Assembly: GCA_964527215.1 (NCBI GenBank)
Contig: CAZGNZ010000001.1
Location: 1,276-65,275 of the forward strand
Length of the DNA: 64,000 nt
Direction of reading: 5' to 3'
Origin: an uncultured bacterium
GTDB lineage: Bacteria; Fidelibacterota; Marinisomatia; SCGC-AAA003-L08; JACNLC01
The notes under the pieces are model-generated. The model did no database searches. It was not told the DNA's origin and saw only the letters and a list, made by a program, of their open reading frames with translations. Both the position numbers and the translations under genes were made by a program. Below are positions 44,064-54,655 of the stretch, in pieces; within the stretch, counting starts at the first letter, position 1, and every line of letters starts with the position of its first letter.

Positions 44064-47000
44064 ATGTATATATCAAAACTTAATATTCACGGCTTTAAAT
44101 CTTTTCTGAACAAAACCGAACTGACATTTGGTGAAGGAATCACAACGGTCGTAGGTCCGAACGGGTGTGGTAAGTCCAATATTGTTGATGCCATTCGATG
44201 GATTCTTGGTGAACAGAAAATCAGAACACTTCGCACAACCAAAATGGAGGATGTGATTTTCAACGGCGCTAAGTTCCAGAAACCGCTGGGATTTTGTGAG
44301 GTTTCGCTGACTATTCACAACAACAAAGGCCGTTTGCCGATTGAATATACCGCTTTGGAAATCACCCGGCGCTATTACCGCAGCGGGGAGAGCGAATACC
44401 TGATGAACCGTGTTCCCTGCCGACTGAAAGATATCACCAATCTCTTTCTTGATTCGGGGATGGGTGCCGATGCTTATTCGGTAATCGAACTAAAGATGAT
44501 CGATTCCATCCTATCGCAGAATCCTGTGGAAAGACGCCGTCTTTTTGAGGAAGCAGCCGGTATCAATCATTATAAAATGCAGCGCCAGTCTGCAATCCGG
44601 AAGCTGGAGACCACGCGCACCGATCTTGATCGGATTCGGGATATCATCTCAGAGGTGGATACAACGGTGCGGAATCTGCGTCTCCAGCTGAAAAGGTTCG
44701 AACGCCACAAAAAACTCAGTGCTCAGCTTGAATCATCCGAGATCCTGCTGGCACAGGCGCGCATCCAAATGCTGGACCAGAAACTGCATCCGCTGCAGGA
44801 GAAAGAACAGATAAAGCGGAATGATCACCAGCGCATGAGCGGACAGATGGACTTGGATGAGTCCCTGGTTGAAAATCTGAAAAGAGACCATGATAATTCA
44901 AAACAGGATCTGGAACTGGCTACTCGCCAGCTGAGAGAACTGGAATCCGGACTTCAGGACGTCAACAGCAGTCTGCTGGTAGCAATTGAACAGAAAAAAG
45001 CCCATGAGCTGCGTATTCAACAGTATGCAGATGAGAAAATTCAGACCAGTTCCCGCATTGACACACTTGCAGAACAAAACCTGGAGCTGAATGAGAAGCT
45101 GAATTCCATGACGCCGCATATTGAGCAGATACAGGACGAATTCCGCAAAAAGAAAACGCAGTTTGAAAAAATTGAATCGGAATATGACAGTATTCAGGCT
45201 GAACTTAATACTGCCCGCAGCCGCTATGATACCCACCTCAGAAATCTTCGAAACAGCGAAGGAGAGTTCCACCGCACCAAAGCAATACTCGACGAAAAGC
45301 AGAGTCAACTGGGCAGCATCCAGGAAACCCGAGAAGTAAATGGTAAGAAACGTGGAACGCTGTCTCTTGATCTTGCGGCGGTACAACAGAAAATCAAAGA
45401 ACAGGAACGTGTTAACGGACAGATAACCCTGGAACTGGAGAAACTTCAGGAGACACAGACCGGGCTGGAAGATGTCATTGTTGACAAAAAAGAACTGCTG
45501 TTAAAAAAACGCGGTGAACTGAGCCAATGCGAGAATCAGCACAAATTTCTGAAAAACATCGTTGTACGTCATGAGGGAAAGGCTCCCGGTACGAAATATA
45601 TCTGTGAGCATCCTCAGGAGTTTGACGATGTTCAGGGACTGATTTCTGACGTGCTGACTGTGGACCAGGATTATCGGAAAGCTGTTGAGACAGCATTAGG
45701 CGATGTTATTAATGCCGTCATTGTAACGGATTACGAGGCTGCCTGCAGGATTATTGAACAACTTCATAACATCAATCCGGATTATAATGTGGAGTTGGTC
45801 CCGCTGGCGGAAATTCCTGACATTGAACCAGTCCTCGGTGCCGAATCCCATCCTCCGCTGAGTGATTTTATTCAGTGTGGTGATGAATATAAAAAATTAT
45901 TCCGTTTTCTGCTTGGACATATCGTTGCTGTGGAGCACCCGCGGGAGGTGGATATCCGGCAGAATTATGAAACGGCGTGTGGCTGGGTCACTATGGATGG
46001 AGAGGTGATGGGACAGCTTCCGATCGTAAAATCCGGCAAACCGCAGATTGAACCCATCATCGGCCGCAGTCAAAAAATACAGAAACTGTCCGATCAGGTT
46101 TCAATTCTGAAAGACGTTATCGTCCAGCTGAATGAAGATATTCGAAAAACCAGCACGGACGCGGATGATATTCGAAAAAAAGTCAGCCAGAAATCTCTTG
46201 AACTGGATAAGCAGGTTCAGCAGCTGAATATCTGCGACAGGGACTGTTCACGCCTGCAGTATTCTGAAACTCATTTGACGGATACCATCAAAGCGCTGGA
46301 CCGGCAGTATCTTGAACAAAAATCGCTGATCGGGCAGTTTGGCGACCGTTATAACACGCTGGGTCAGGAAATTCGTGAACTGCAGTCTGAATCTGCCCGG
46401 CTCAAGAATGTCCTGGAAAACACACAGAAAAAAACCGAGGTGTTTCAGCAGGAGAGAAATCGCCATCAGCAGCAGCTGCAGGATGCCAGAATTCAGCTGG
46501 TTGAAGTCCAGAAAGAGCAGGAGGGCTATCGGTATCGTTTGAGAGCAACAGAAGATCAGAAGGAGGAGCTTCAGCGGCGTATTCGAAAGATTCAGGCAGA
46601 AACTGAAACACTTATAAAAAAGGTCGAATATCTGTCCCAATCCATCAAATCCAGTGAGGTTCAGAAAAATGGACTGCTGAAGGACCGCGATCAGAAACTA
46701 CGCGACCGAAACAGTCTGGAAGAACGATATAATAAATTGTATGAAGAACTTCAGAATCTTCAGCATAGAATTCGCCATCAGCAGAAGATCAGGGAAGATA
46801 ATCTGCAGCAGATCCAGCAATTTGAGATTCAGATTGCTGATCTGAAAAAGGAAAAAGAATTCATTGTTCAGCGAATTCAGGAGAAATACCAGTGCGGGGT
46901 TCCCTCGCAGGTTTTGAATCTGGATGAAATCAATGTGGATGAATTGAGCGGTTCAATTGAATCGATTGACCGTTCGCTGGCACGGATCGGACCTGTCAAT

Positions 47001-47609
47001 ATGGCGGTCGAAGACGAGTACAATCGGGAAAATGAACGGCTTTCATTTCTCCAGGACCAGCTTTCGGATCTGGTGGAAGCAGAATCCGATGTCGTCAAAA
47101 CCATTGAAGAAATTGATGGTGAAGCCCGATCTAAGTTTCGTGAGACCTTTGCCAAAGTTTCTGAGAATTTCAAAAATACGTATGCGATGTTTTTCGAAGG
47201 CGGGGAAGCCCACATTCGTCTGAGTGGATCGGAAGATCCGCTTGAAGCGGAAATACAGATTATCGCCCGGCCTCCCGGGAAAAAAACCCAGACACTGCGA
47301 ATGCTTTCTGCAGGAGAAAAAGCCCTCACTGCAATAGCAATGCTTTTTGCCATCTACCTTGTGAAACCCAGTCCCTTCTGTATTCTGGATGAGGTAGATG
47401 CACCGCTGGACGACAATAACATTGGAAAATTCACCTCGGTACTGCGGCAGTTTTCAAATGAAACTCAGTTTATCGTTGTCACACATAACAAGCTGACAAT
47501 GGAGGAAGCGGATTATCTCTATGGCGTGACTCAACAGGAGGAAGGTGTATCCACAGTGGTTTCCGTCAATTTCAGAGATAATCCTGTATCAGAATCCGCA
47601 ACTGCCTGA
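44064..47609 (+). CDS. smc: Chromosome segregation protein SMC
   Basis: 1181 aa. N-terminal Walker A VVGPNGCGKSNIVDAIRWILGEQ, long coiled coils, a hinge, C-terminal signature LSAGEKALTAIA and Walker B FCILDEVDAPLD. Confidence 0.95.
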   Translation: MYISKLNIHGFKSFLNKTELTFGEGITTVVGPNGCGKSNIVDAIRWILGEQKIRTLRTTKMEDVIFNGAKFQKPLGFCEVSLTIHNNKGRLPIEYTALEITRRYYRSGESEYLMNRVPCRLKDITNLFLDSGMGADAYSVIELKMIDSILSQNPVERRRLFEEAAGINHYKMQRQSAIRKLETTRTDLDRIRDIISEVDTTVRNLRLQLKRFERHKKLSAQLESSEILLAQARIQMLDQKLHPLQEKEQIKRNDHQRMSGQMDLDESLVENLKRDHDNSKQDLELATRQLRELESGLQDVNSSLLVAIEQKKAHELRIQQYADEKIQTSSRIDTLAEQNLELNEKLNSMTPHIEQIQDEFRKKKTQFEKIESEYDSIQAELNTARSRYDTHLRNLRNSEGEFHRTKAILDEKQSQLGSIQETREVNGKKRGTLSLDLAAVQQKIKEQERVNGQITLELEKLQETQTGLEDVIVDKKELLLKKRGELSQCENQHKFLKNIVVRHEGKAPGTKYICEHPQEFDDVQGLISDVLTVDQDYRKAVETALGDVINAVIVTDYEAACRIIEQLHNINPDYNVELVPLAEIPDIEPVLGAESHPPLSDFIQCGDEYKKLFRFLLGHIVAVEHPREVDIRQNYETACGWVTMDGEVMGQLPIVKSGKPQIEPIIGRSQKIQKLSDQVSILKDVIVQLNEDIRKTSTDADDIRKKVSQKSLELDKQVQQLNICDRDCSRLQYSETHLTDTIKALDRQYLEQKSLIGQFGDRYNTLGQEIRELQSESARLKNVLENTQKKTEVFQQERNRHQQQLQDARIQLVEVQKEQEGYRYRLRATEDQKEELQRRIRKIQAETETLIKKVEYLSQSIKSSEVQKNGLLKDRDQKLRDRNSLEERYNKLYEELQNLQHRIRHQQKIREDNLQQIQQFEIQIADLKKEKEFIVQRIQEKYQCGVPSQVLNLDEINVDELSGSIESIDRSLARIGPVNMAVEDEYNRENERLSFLQDQLSDLVEAESDVVKTIEEIDGEARSKFRETFAKVSENFKNTYAMFFEGGEAHIRLSGSEDPLEAEIQIIARPPGKKTQTLRMLSAGEKALTAIAMLFAIYLVKPSPFCILDEVDAPLDDNNIGKFTSVLRQFSNETQFIVVTHNKLTMEEADYLYGVTQQEEGVSTVVSVNFRDNPVSESATA

Positions 47610-47763
47610 CGGAGAATCAAGCAGCAGCGAATAACCGGTCGCTCATTGATTTATCATAAACCAGGGTATTGCACTGCATTGGCTGCCGGATGCTCAGAAG
47701 AAATCGAATTCTGGATATTTCATAGCGCTGGACTGTGATGTACGCCAAGGAAATATAATTGTA

Positions 47764-48489
47764 ATGAACGATGTCAATTCAATTCTAACCGGTCTGTTTC
47801 ATTCAGCAGAAAATCTGCTTTTTCCCCAATTCTGCAGTCAATGCGGTAAACTCCTATCATCAGAAGAAACCGCGGTTTGCCGAGACTGTCTGGATCTGAT
47901 TGACTCATCCGGACTGGGCAATTGGATCATGCATATTACAACCCGTCGAAACCTGGATTTTGCTTTTTCGGTTTTCTGGTTTGATCGGCTGCTACAGGAA
48001 CTGATACACCTCATTAAATACCAGAATCGAACAGACATCATCCAGTTGCTGACCGATCTGGCTGCGCATCGAATGGGGGATGATGTGTCTTCGGCAGTTC
48101 CGAATGTGCTGATTCCTGTTCCGCTGCACCCGGTAAAGTATCGTGAGCGGGGTTTCAATCAGGCAGAACTGATTGCCCGCCGCTTCGGTAGATTTCTCAA
48201 AGTGCCTGTGAATTCGAAAATACTGACCCGAAAACACTGGACGCGGTCACAAACACAGCTTTCGGCTGCAGAGCGCAGGGAAAATACTCGAAATGCTTTT
48301 GCAGTAAAAAGACCGCTGGATGGAAAACGTGTTCTGCTGATTGATGATGTACTGACTACCGGTGCGACTGCAAGTGCCGGCGCGGCGGCACTGAAAAGGG
48401 CGGGTGCATCATGGGTGGGAATCCTGACCCTGTGCACGCCAAGGATCGATAAATCCGATCCTCCGCAGAGTGATCATATGAACAGTTGA
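47764..48489 (+). CDS. comF: ComF-family protein (phosphoribosyltransferase domain)
   Basis: N-terminal zinc-finger-like CSQCG...CRDC, RGFNQAELIAR, and PRTase motif VLLIDDVLTTGAT. Confidence 0.8.
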   Translation: MNDVNSILTGLFHSAENLLFPQFCSQCGKLLSSEETAVCRDCLDLIDSSGLGNWIMHITTRRNLDFAFSVFWFDRLLQELIHLIKYQNRTDIIQLLTDLAAHRMGDDVSSAVPNVLIPVPLHPVKYRERGFNQAELIARRFGRFLKVPVNSKILTRKHWTRSQTQLSAAERRENTRNAFAVKRPLDGKRVLLIDDVLTTGATASAGAAALKRAGASWVGILTLCTPRIDKSDPPQSDHMNS

Positions 48490-48588
48490 AGTGACCTGAC
48501 AGGATTCTGATACTTAACAGGTTTAAAAGAATTTGGAATTTGATTAATGATACTCTCAAATTTAGGGCTCAATTATTAGCATGAAACT

Positions 48589-49779
48589 ATGAAAAAGCTT
48601 GCAGAAATAAAATTGAAGGACCAAAAGGTTCTGATACGTGTGGATTTTAATGTGCCTTTGCTGGATGGTGTGGTTGCAAACGATTTCCGGATTCGGGCCG
48701 CACTGCCGACCATAAAGCACTGTCTTGTACAGGGTGCTTCAGTCGTTCTGATGTCGCATCTGGGACGTCCAAAGGGAAAGGCAGTTCCGGAGATGTCCTT
48801 GGAACCGGTTGCAGAGGTTCTTGAAGAGTATTTGGGCTGCACTGTTCATTTTTCCGATGACTGCATTTCTGAAGACGCTGTTGAGTTTTCAAAGAGTCTG
48901 AAGCCCGGTGAAGTACATCTGCTGGAAAATCTTCGTTTTCATACGGGGGAAACCAAAAACATTCCCGAGTTTGCCAAAAAGCTTGCCCAGCACGGCAGCG
49001 TCTATATCAATGATGCATTTGGAACTGCTCATCGAGCCCATGCATCAAATGTCGGTGTTCTGGAGTATATGCCGGTAGCGGCGGCCGGAAAGCTTCTGGA
49101 AAAAGAACGAACCTATTTATCCGATGCCATACGAAATCCGGAAAAACCATTGGCTGTATTACTGGGCGGTGCAAAAGTCAGCGGTAAAATTGAGTTGATA
49201 AAGAACCTGATGAATACCGCCGATTCCATTCTGGTCGGTGGAGCAATGGCATATACGTTTCTGAAGGTTCAGGGGAAAAAAGTCGGCGGCTCACGAATCG
49301 ATGATGAAAATCTGGACGTGGCGGAAGAGCTGCTGCAGTTATCAAAACAAAAAGGCGTAAATATTGAACTTCCCAGTGATGTGGTTGCAGCACCGGAAAT
49401 TTCTGACGATGCCCCTTTCCGTGTAATTGATCTGGAGGAATTTGAAGACGATGAAATGGGATTGGATATTGGTCCGGAAACAGCCATGCGTTTCGGAGCA
49501 ATCCTGTCTGATGCCAAAACCATCCTCTGGAACGGTCCGGTAGGTGTATTTGAATTAACCAATTTTGCCACTGGAACCCAGGCGATCATATCTGCCATTC
49601 AGGCCACCACAGAGATGGGTGCCGTTTCTATCGTGGGGGGTGGGGATACCGCAGCGGCCATTGAAGATTTCAACGGGCAGGAAGGATTTACCCATATTTC
49701 CACTGGCGGGGGTGCATCACTCGAACTTCTGAGCGGTGCGTATTTACCGGCGTTTAAAGTATTGGATGAAAATGAGTAG
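48589..49779 (+). CDS. pgk: Phosphoglycerate kinase
   Basis: VLIRVDFNVPL, MSHLGRPKG, FGTAHRAHAS and GGGDTAAA. Confidence 0.95.
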   Translation: MKKLAEIKLKDQKVLIRVDFNVPLLDGVVANDFRIRAALPTIKHCLVQGASVVLMSHLGRPKGKAVPEMSLEPVAEVLEEYLGCTVHFSDDCISEDAVEFSKSLKPGEVHLLENLRFHTGETKNIPEFAKKLAQHGSVYINDAFGTAHRAHASNVGVLEYMPVAAAGKLLEKERTYLSDAIRNPEKPLAVLLGGAKVSGKIELIKNLMNTADSILVGGAMAYTFLKVQGKKVGGSRIDDENLDVAEELLQLSKQKGVNIELPSDVVAAPEISDDAPFRVIDLEEFEDDEMGLDIGPETAMRFGAILSDAKTILWNGPVGVFELTNFATGTQAIISAIQATTEMGAVSIVGGGDTAAAIEDFNGQEGFTHISTGGGASLELLSGAYLPAFKVLDENE

Positions 49780-50524
49780 AAATCAGTTTTGCATTGCTAA
49801 CTGGAAGATGCACAAGACCATTGATGAGGGTGTGTCATTTATAGAAAGTCTAAAGGACGGAGATGTGAAGGGGAATCCGGCGCAGCTGATGGTTTGCCCG
49901 GTGTATACTTCTCTGTTTTCGGTTGGACAGGCTCTCAAAGACACCGGTATTGGCCTTGGCGCGCAGAATATGCATTTTGAAGACAAAGGTGCATTTACCG
50001 GTGAGATTTCAGCCGGTATGCTCAAGGATTGCGAATGTGAATGGGTGATCCTGGGACATTCGGAAAGAAGGCATGTGTTTGGTGAATCCAATGAAATGAT
50101 TCATCTGAAGTTAACCAAAGCCCTGAACAGCGGTCTAAAGCCCATCCTCTGCATTGGAGAAAAAATCGAAGAACGTGAAGCGGGTCAGACGGCTGAAGTA
50201 TTAACGGAACAGCTGAAAACGGCGTTTCAGGGAATTGATAAATCGTCTCTGGGTGGACTGATCATTGCCTACGAACCGGTTTGGGCCATAGGAACCGGGA
50301 AAACTGCCACCACGGAAATGGTTGCTGAAGCCCATTTGCAGGTGCGGGAAATCATGAACACGCTGGGATTCAGCGGGAATGATATCCCGGTACTGTATGG
50401 GGGAAGCGTCAAACCGAATAATGCAGCAGAATTGAATGCAGTGGATGGCGTGGACGGGTTCCTGATTGGCGGAGCTTCTCTGGAGCCAAAAAGTTTTCTG
50501 GCTATATTTGATACATTTAAGTAG
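49772..50524 (+). CDS. tpiA: Triosephosphate isomerase
   Basis: IANWKMHKT, ILGHSERR, AYEPVWAIGTG and YGGSVKP. The start is 49766 or 49772 and overlaps the pgk stop. Confidence 0.93.
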   Translation: MSRNQFCIANWKMHKTIDEGVSFIESLKDGDVKGNPAQLMVCPVYTSLFSVGQALKDTGIGLGAQNMHFEDKGAFTGEISAGMLKDCECEWVILGHSERRHVFGESNEMIHLKLTKALNSGLKPILCIGEKIEEREAGQTAEVLTEQLKTAFQGIDKSSLGGLIIAYEPVWAIGTGKTATTEMVAEAHLQVREIMNTLGFSGNDIPVLYGGSVKPNNAAELNAVDGVDGFLIGGASLEPKSFLAIFDTFK

Positions 50525-50545
50525 AGATTGAGGGAGAAACAAGCT

Positions 50546-50917
50546 TTGTTTTACGGATTGTTGTTGTTTTTATTTATCATCTGTTGTCTGTCGCTCATCG
50601 GGATTGTTTTGCTGCAGTCCAGCAAATCCGGTGGGATGGGAACTGCCATGGGCGGCGCTGCTGTCCAGGCTGCATTTGGCGGTCAGGGAGCGGATAAGCT
50701 GTTAACGCGGCTGACGGTTGGACTGGCTGCCGGCTTTATGATCCTTGCGATTATAATCAATTTGGTAGGAACCCCAGGTTCAGGTACAGCCGGTTCCGGT
50801 CAAAGTATTATTAGTTCAAGAGCCCAGTCTGTCAGCGGCGAACTTGCGGCACCTCTGGATTTTGCGCCAGATGCAGCACCGGAGGAAACTCCCGTCGAAG
50901 TTCCTGAAACAGAATGA
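50546..50917 (+). CDS. secG: Preprotein translocase subunit SecG
   Basis: LLLFLFIICCLSLIGIVLLQSSKSGGMG...FGGQGADKLLTRLT is typical of SecG. TTG 50546 lies 9 nt after GAGGGAG; the track's TTG 50528 is the alternative. Confidence 0.85.
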   Translation: MFYGLLLFLFIICCLSLIGIVLLQSSKSGGMGTAMGGAAVQAAFGGQGADKLLTRLTVGLAAGFMILAIIINLVGTPGSGTAGSGQSIISSRAQSVSGELAAPLDFAPDAAPEETPVEVPETE

Positions 50918-50923
50918 GTTAAT

Positions 50924-51008
50924 GCTGAAGTGGTGAAACTGGTAGACACGCTGTCTTGAGGGGGCAGTGGGAGAAACTCCCGTGCGGGTTCGAGTCCCGC
51001 CTTCAGCA
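50924..51008 (+). tRNA. leuU: tRNA-Leu (anticodon GAG at 50958-50960), class II with long variable arm
   Basis: Acceptor GCTGAAG/CTTCAGC, anticodon arm CTGTC-TTGAGGG-GGCAG, variable arm GGGAG-AAA-CTCCC, T-arm GCGGG-TTCGAGT-CCCGC. CCA is not encoded. Confidence 0.93.
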
Positions 51009-51033
51009 CCCAGTTTAATTAAGGAGTCGTATT

Positions 51034-52368
51034 GTGAAAGCGAATCTGTTGGTTCTGCTGCTGTTGTCTGCAGCACTTTTTTCCGCAACTAAAGATGAGG
51101 CTCAAGCCGCATTTGATGCCGGTAACTATGCAAATGCACAGACCATCATTACCGATGTTGTGAATGCCCAGCCCGAAGACGGAGCGGATGCAGGTGTGTA
51201 CCGACTGGCAGCCGAAATCGAATTCAAAATGGATGAGCTGACTCAGGCAAGCGGTTACCTTAAAAAGGCCATAGAAATTGACGGAAAAAATGAGGAATAC
51301 CGTGTATTTTGGGACAAACTGTATGAAATAAACAGTTTGATGGTTGATGGAAAACGGTCTGTTGACAGTTATTTTTATGATGAAGCAGTGGCATCCTATG
51401 ACAGTGTCATTACCAAATACCCGGATTTCGCGCTGTCATATTACTGGAAAGGAATGGTTTTCAAACAGCAGGAGGATTACTCAACTGCAATTGAAAATTT
51501 CCAGCTTGCCAGTGATGCAAATCCTCATGTCGAAAAATACCAGCTGGCCATCCTCAGTATTGTAAAAGAACTTGTAAATATTGGCAATGATCATTTCAGA
51601 CGCCGGGATTACGATGAGGCGATTGCCAGTTATCGTGAAGCACTTAAGTATAAACCGGACTTTATTGAAGCTTCCTTCCGTCTGGGGTATGCACTGTATA
51701 AAACCGATGATCTGGCTGGATCGGAACAGGTGCTTGAAACGGGTTTGAAAACAACTCCCGACCACTACACAAGCTGGAAACTGCTGGGTGATGTTAAACA
51801 GAAACTGTCAAAGACGAAATCCGATTCTGCAGAAATAAACGCATTGCTGGAGGCCGCCATCGAATCGTACAGCAATGCAGTGATGGCAAATCCCAATTAT
51901 GACAAAGCATACTATGCAAAAGCCATGGTATTGAATTCCAATGGACGCAAAGACGAATCTGTGCAGGAACTGAAACTTGCCACACAGGTCAATCCGGAAT
52001 ACGCCAAGGCCTGGGAATTACTCGGTACGCTGTATAATGAAATGGAGAAATATGATGACGCAATTGACTGTTTCTCGAATGCAGTGAAATCCACCGATAA
52101 AAAATACAAAAAATTTGTCCCCTACTATCGGATGAGCGAAATTTATAATTTGCAGAAAAATTATTCTATGGCAAAGGAATCTGCAGAAACAGCCATTGAT
52201 TTAAAAGACAATTATGCTCCGGCCTGGTTTGAACTGGGACTGGCTGAAAAATGTCTGGGTAATGAAGCTGCGGCCAAGTTCGCCTTTGAAAATTCCGGCA
52301 AGGACAAACAATGGCGGAAACCGTCAGAATTTCAACTGGAACACATTGACAAGCCATGTGAAGATTAA
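51034..52368 (+). CDS. Tetratricopeptide-repeat (TPR) protein, secreted
   Basis: GTG start 7 nt after AAGGAG. Signal peptide, and many 34-aa TPR-like units such as YYWKGMVFKQQEDYSTAIENFQLASDANP. Confidence 0.8.
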   Translation: MKANLLVLLLLSAALFSATKDEAQAAFDAGNYANAQTIITDVVNAQPEDGADAGVYRLAAEIEFKMDELTQASGYLKKAIEIDGKNEEYRVFWDKLYEINSLMVDGKRSVDSYFYDEAVASYDSVITKYPDFALSYYWKGMVFKQQEDYSTAIENFQLASDANPHVEKYQLAILSIVKELVNIGNDHFRRRDYDEAIASYREALKYKPDFIEASFRLGYALYKTDDLAGSEQVLETGLKTTPDHYTSWKLLGDVKQKLSKTKSDSAEINALLEAAIESYSNAVMANPNYDKAYYAKAMVLNSNGRKDESVQELKLATQVNPEYAKAWELLGTLYNEMEKYDDAIDCFSNAVKSTDKKYKKFVPYYRMSEIYNLQKNYSMAKESAETAIDLKDNYAPAWFELGLAEKCLGNEAAAKFAFENSGKDKQWRKPSEFQLEHIDKPCED

Positions 52369-52388
52369 GGTCTTCAGATATCAACATT

Positions 52389-52419
52389 AAAGGGCGATAT
52401 TTCGCCCTTTTTTCTTTTA
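52389..52419 (+). terminator. Rho-independent terminator
   Basis: AAAGGGCGA-TATT-TCGCCCTTT followed by TTTCTTTT. Confidence 0.85.
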
Positions 52420-52429
52420 GTTTATCACT

Positions 52430-53125
52430 ATGTTACAAGCGGTTATTTTCGATTTAGACAACACCCTGCTTGATTTTATGAAAATGAAAAAGGAGGCGGT
52501 AATCGCCGCCACTCACGGGATGGTCGAGGCCGGTCTCCCGATGACACCGGAAGCAGCACAGGAACAGATTTTTGAAATCTACCGCACTCAGGGTGTTGAA
52601 TATCAGCAGGTATTTGATGATTTTATCACAGCCGTCACCGGCAAAATGAACCATAAACTGCTGGCCTCAGGCATTGTTGCCTACCGAAAAGCAAAGGAAG
52701 CCTCTCTGGTCCTGTATCCCCATGTCCGCCAGACTCTGATTTCACTGATGAAAATGGGTCTCAAACTGGGAGTGGTGTCTGATGCCCCTGCTAAAGAAGC
52801 CTGGATGCGAATCTGCTATCTGAATATGCACCACATGTTTGATGCGGTGGTCACCTTTGATGATACCGGTGAGCATAAACCCTCGCCCAAACCCTTTAAA
52901 CTGATTTCAGAACGTCTTTCTGTCGAACCGCAGAAATCTATTATGGTCGGAGACTGGCCGGAACGAGACGTTATCGGAGCCCGGAAAGTTGGAATGAAAA
53001 CAGCTTTTGCCAAATACGGCGATCGATTTGACACGACAGAGTCCGGAGCTGATTATGATCTCAAGGACTTCTCCGAACTCATAAACATTGTTCAGCTGGA
53101 GAAACAGCTGCCGGAGACCGGTTAA
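52430..53125 (+). CDS. HAD-superfamily hydrolase (subfamily IA-like phosphatase)
   Basis: Motif I VIFDLDNTLLDF, motif II VVSDA, and motif III/IV K...MVGDWPERDVIGARKVGM. Confidence 0.8.
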   Translation: MLQAVIFDLDNTLLDFMKMKKEAVIAATHGMVEAGLPMTPEAAQEQIFEIYRTQGVEYQQVFDDFITAVTGKMNHKLLASGIVAYRKAKEASLVLYPHVRQTLISLMKMGLKLGVVSDAPAKEAWMRICYLNMHHMFDAVVTFDDTGEHKPSPKPFKLISERLSVEPQKSIMVGDWPERDVIGARKVGMKTAFAKYGDRFDTTESGADYDLKDFSELINIVQLEKQLPETG

Positions 53126-53146
53126 TACTCCGGAAAAGGATTCAAA

Positions 53147-54655
53147 ATGATCCCTGTTCTTTCTGAATATGAAGCCCGGAAACTGGATGAAGTAACCATT
53201 CAGTCAGGATTTCGCAGCGGTGCAGAGCTGATGGATAAAGCGGGGCACGCCGTTGCATATCATTTTATTGAACATGTAGAAGATCCCTTCAGTCAGAAGG
53301 TTCTGGTTATTGCCGGAAAAGGAAACAATGGCGGAGATGGTATTGTCTGCCACAGCACCCTTTTGGAATCCGGCGTACAATCAACATTGCTCCTCATGTC
53401 TGATTCAGAATTAGATCGTGACTTGATATCAGAGTACAGGATACCCAGAAATACCATTCGAATTTATGGTGAAAAGATTTTGTATGAGTCCTTTGACTGG
53501 ATGGTTGATGCATTGTTCGGAATTGGACTGCAGAGGGATATTACAGGAGTATATGCCGAAATAGTTTCCCGAATGAATGGTCCGTCAAATCTACTTTCGA
53601 TTGATATTCCTTCCGGGATTTACACGGATACAGGAATGGCAGCCGGATGTGCAGCGTCTGCGGATATGACTGTCACCATGGGATATACAAAGTTGGGTCA
53701 CCATTTGAACCAGGGACTGGAATGCACCGGTAATTTAACGGCTGTGAGGATTGGTTTTAAACCCCTGGGCCCGGATATGATTACTGCCACGCAGGTTACG
53801 AAAGAGGATGTCGCTTCCCGAATTGCCCCTCATTCGCTGGATGCTTATAAATACAGCCGAGGACGAATTGGTGTGCTGGGAGGAAGCAGGGGAATGACGG
53901 GGGCCGGAATCCTGTCCTGCCGGGCGGCCTATCGCAGCGGCGGAGGAATCGTCTATGCCCTCATCCCTGAGTCTTTGAATACCGTATATGAATCCAGCCT
54001 GACTGAAACACTCACCAACCCCCTGAATGATCATTCCAGAGGGTACCTGGATCAGTCTGTAGCAAGTGATGCCGTGGAATTCTGCCGCAAAATGGATGTA
54101 TTGATTTGCGGTCCGGGTATAAGTCAGACGGAAGGGAGTCAGCTGCTGCTGACTGAAGTACTGAGAAATTTTCAGGGTAAACTGGTCCTGGATGCCTCGG
54201 GATTTTCACCATTGTGGACGGGAAAACTGAAAATATCTGACTTGCCGGCCAGGTCCGTTCTAACTCCCCATGTAATGGAATTCTCCCGTCTTTTTGGAAT
54301 GACAGTTGAAGCCGTCAAAGCAAATCCGGTAAAAGCATGCCGGAAAATCCAGCCTTTGCTGGATGGGCGTGTGCTTATTTTAAAAGGTGCACCCAGCCTG
54401 ATTGTCTCATCGGATCCTGTCATTCGGCTGATGAATCACGGTTCCCCGATTCTGGCTACGGCCGGTACAGGTGATGTGCTGAGCGGAATACTCGGTGGAT
54501 TGATGGGACAGGGTCTCACTCCTGACGATGCCGCCATTGCCGGCTCATGGATACATGCCGATGCCGCCGTTTTATTCAATGAACTTTCAGGCTGTCGCGG
54601 AATGACTGCAGGTGATCTGACAGAGTATCTGCCACTGGTGTTTGACGAATTGTGA
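53147..54655 (+). CDS. nnr: Bifunctional NAD(P)H-hydrate repair enzyme Nnr (epimerase + ADP-dependent dehydratase)
   Basis: The YjeF N-terminal domain (AGKGNNGGDGIV, DALFGIGL) is fused to the carbohydrate-kinase-like domain (GGSRGMTGAGIL, ATAGTGDVLSGILGGL). Confidence 0.9.
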   Translation: MIPVLSEYEARKLDEVTIQSGFRSGAELMDKAGHAVAYHFIEHVEDPFSQKVLVIAGKGNNGGDGIVCHSTLLESGVQSTLLLMSDSELDRDLISEYRIPRNTIRIYGEKILYESFDWMVDALFGIGLQRDITGVYAEIVSRMNGPSNLLSIDIPSGIYTDTGMAAGCAASADMTVTMGYTKLGHHLNQGLECTGNLTAVRIGFKPLGPDMITATQVTKEDVASRIAPHSLDAYKYSRGRIGVLGGSRGMTGAGILSCRAAYRSGGGIVYALIPESLNTVYESSLTETLTNPLNDHSRGYLDQSVASDAVEFCRKMDVLICGPGISQTEGSQLLLTEVLRNFQGKLVLDASGFSPLWTGKLKISDLPARSVLTPHVMEFSRLFGMTVEAVKANPVKACRKIQPLLDGRVLILKGAPSLIVSSDPVIRLMNHGSPILATAGTGDVLSGILGGLMGQGLTPDDAAIAGSWIHADAAVLFNELSGCRGMTAGDLTEYLPLVFDEL

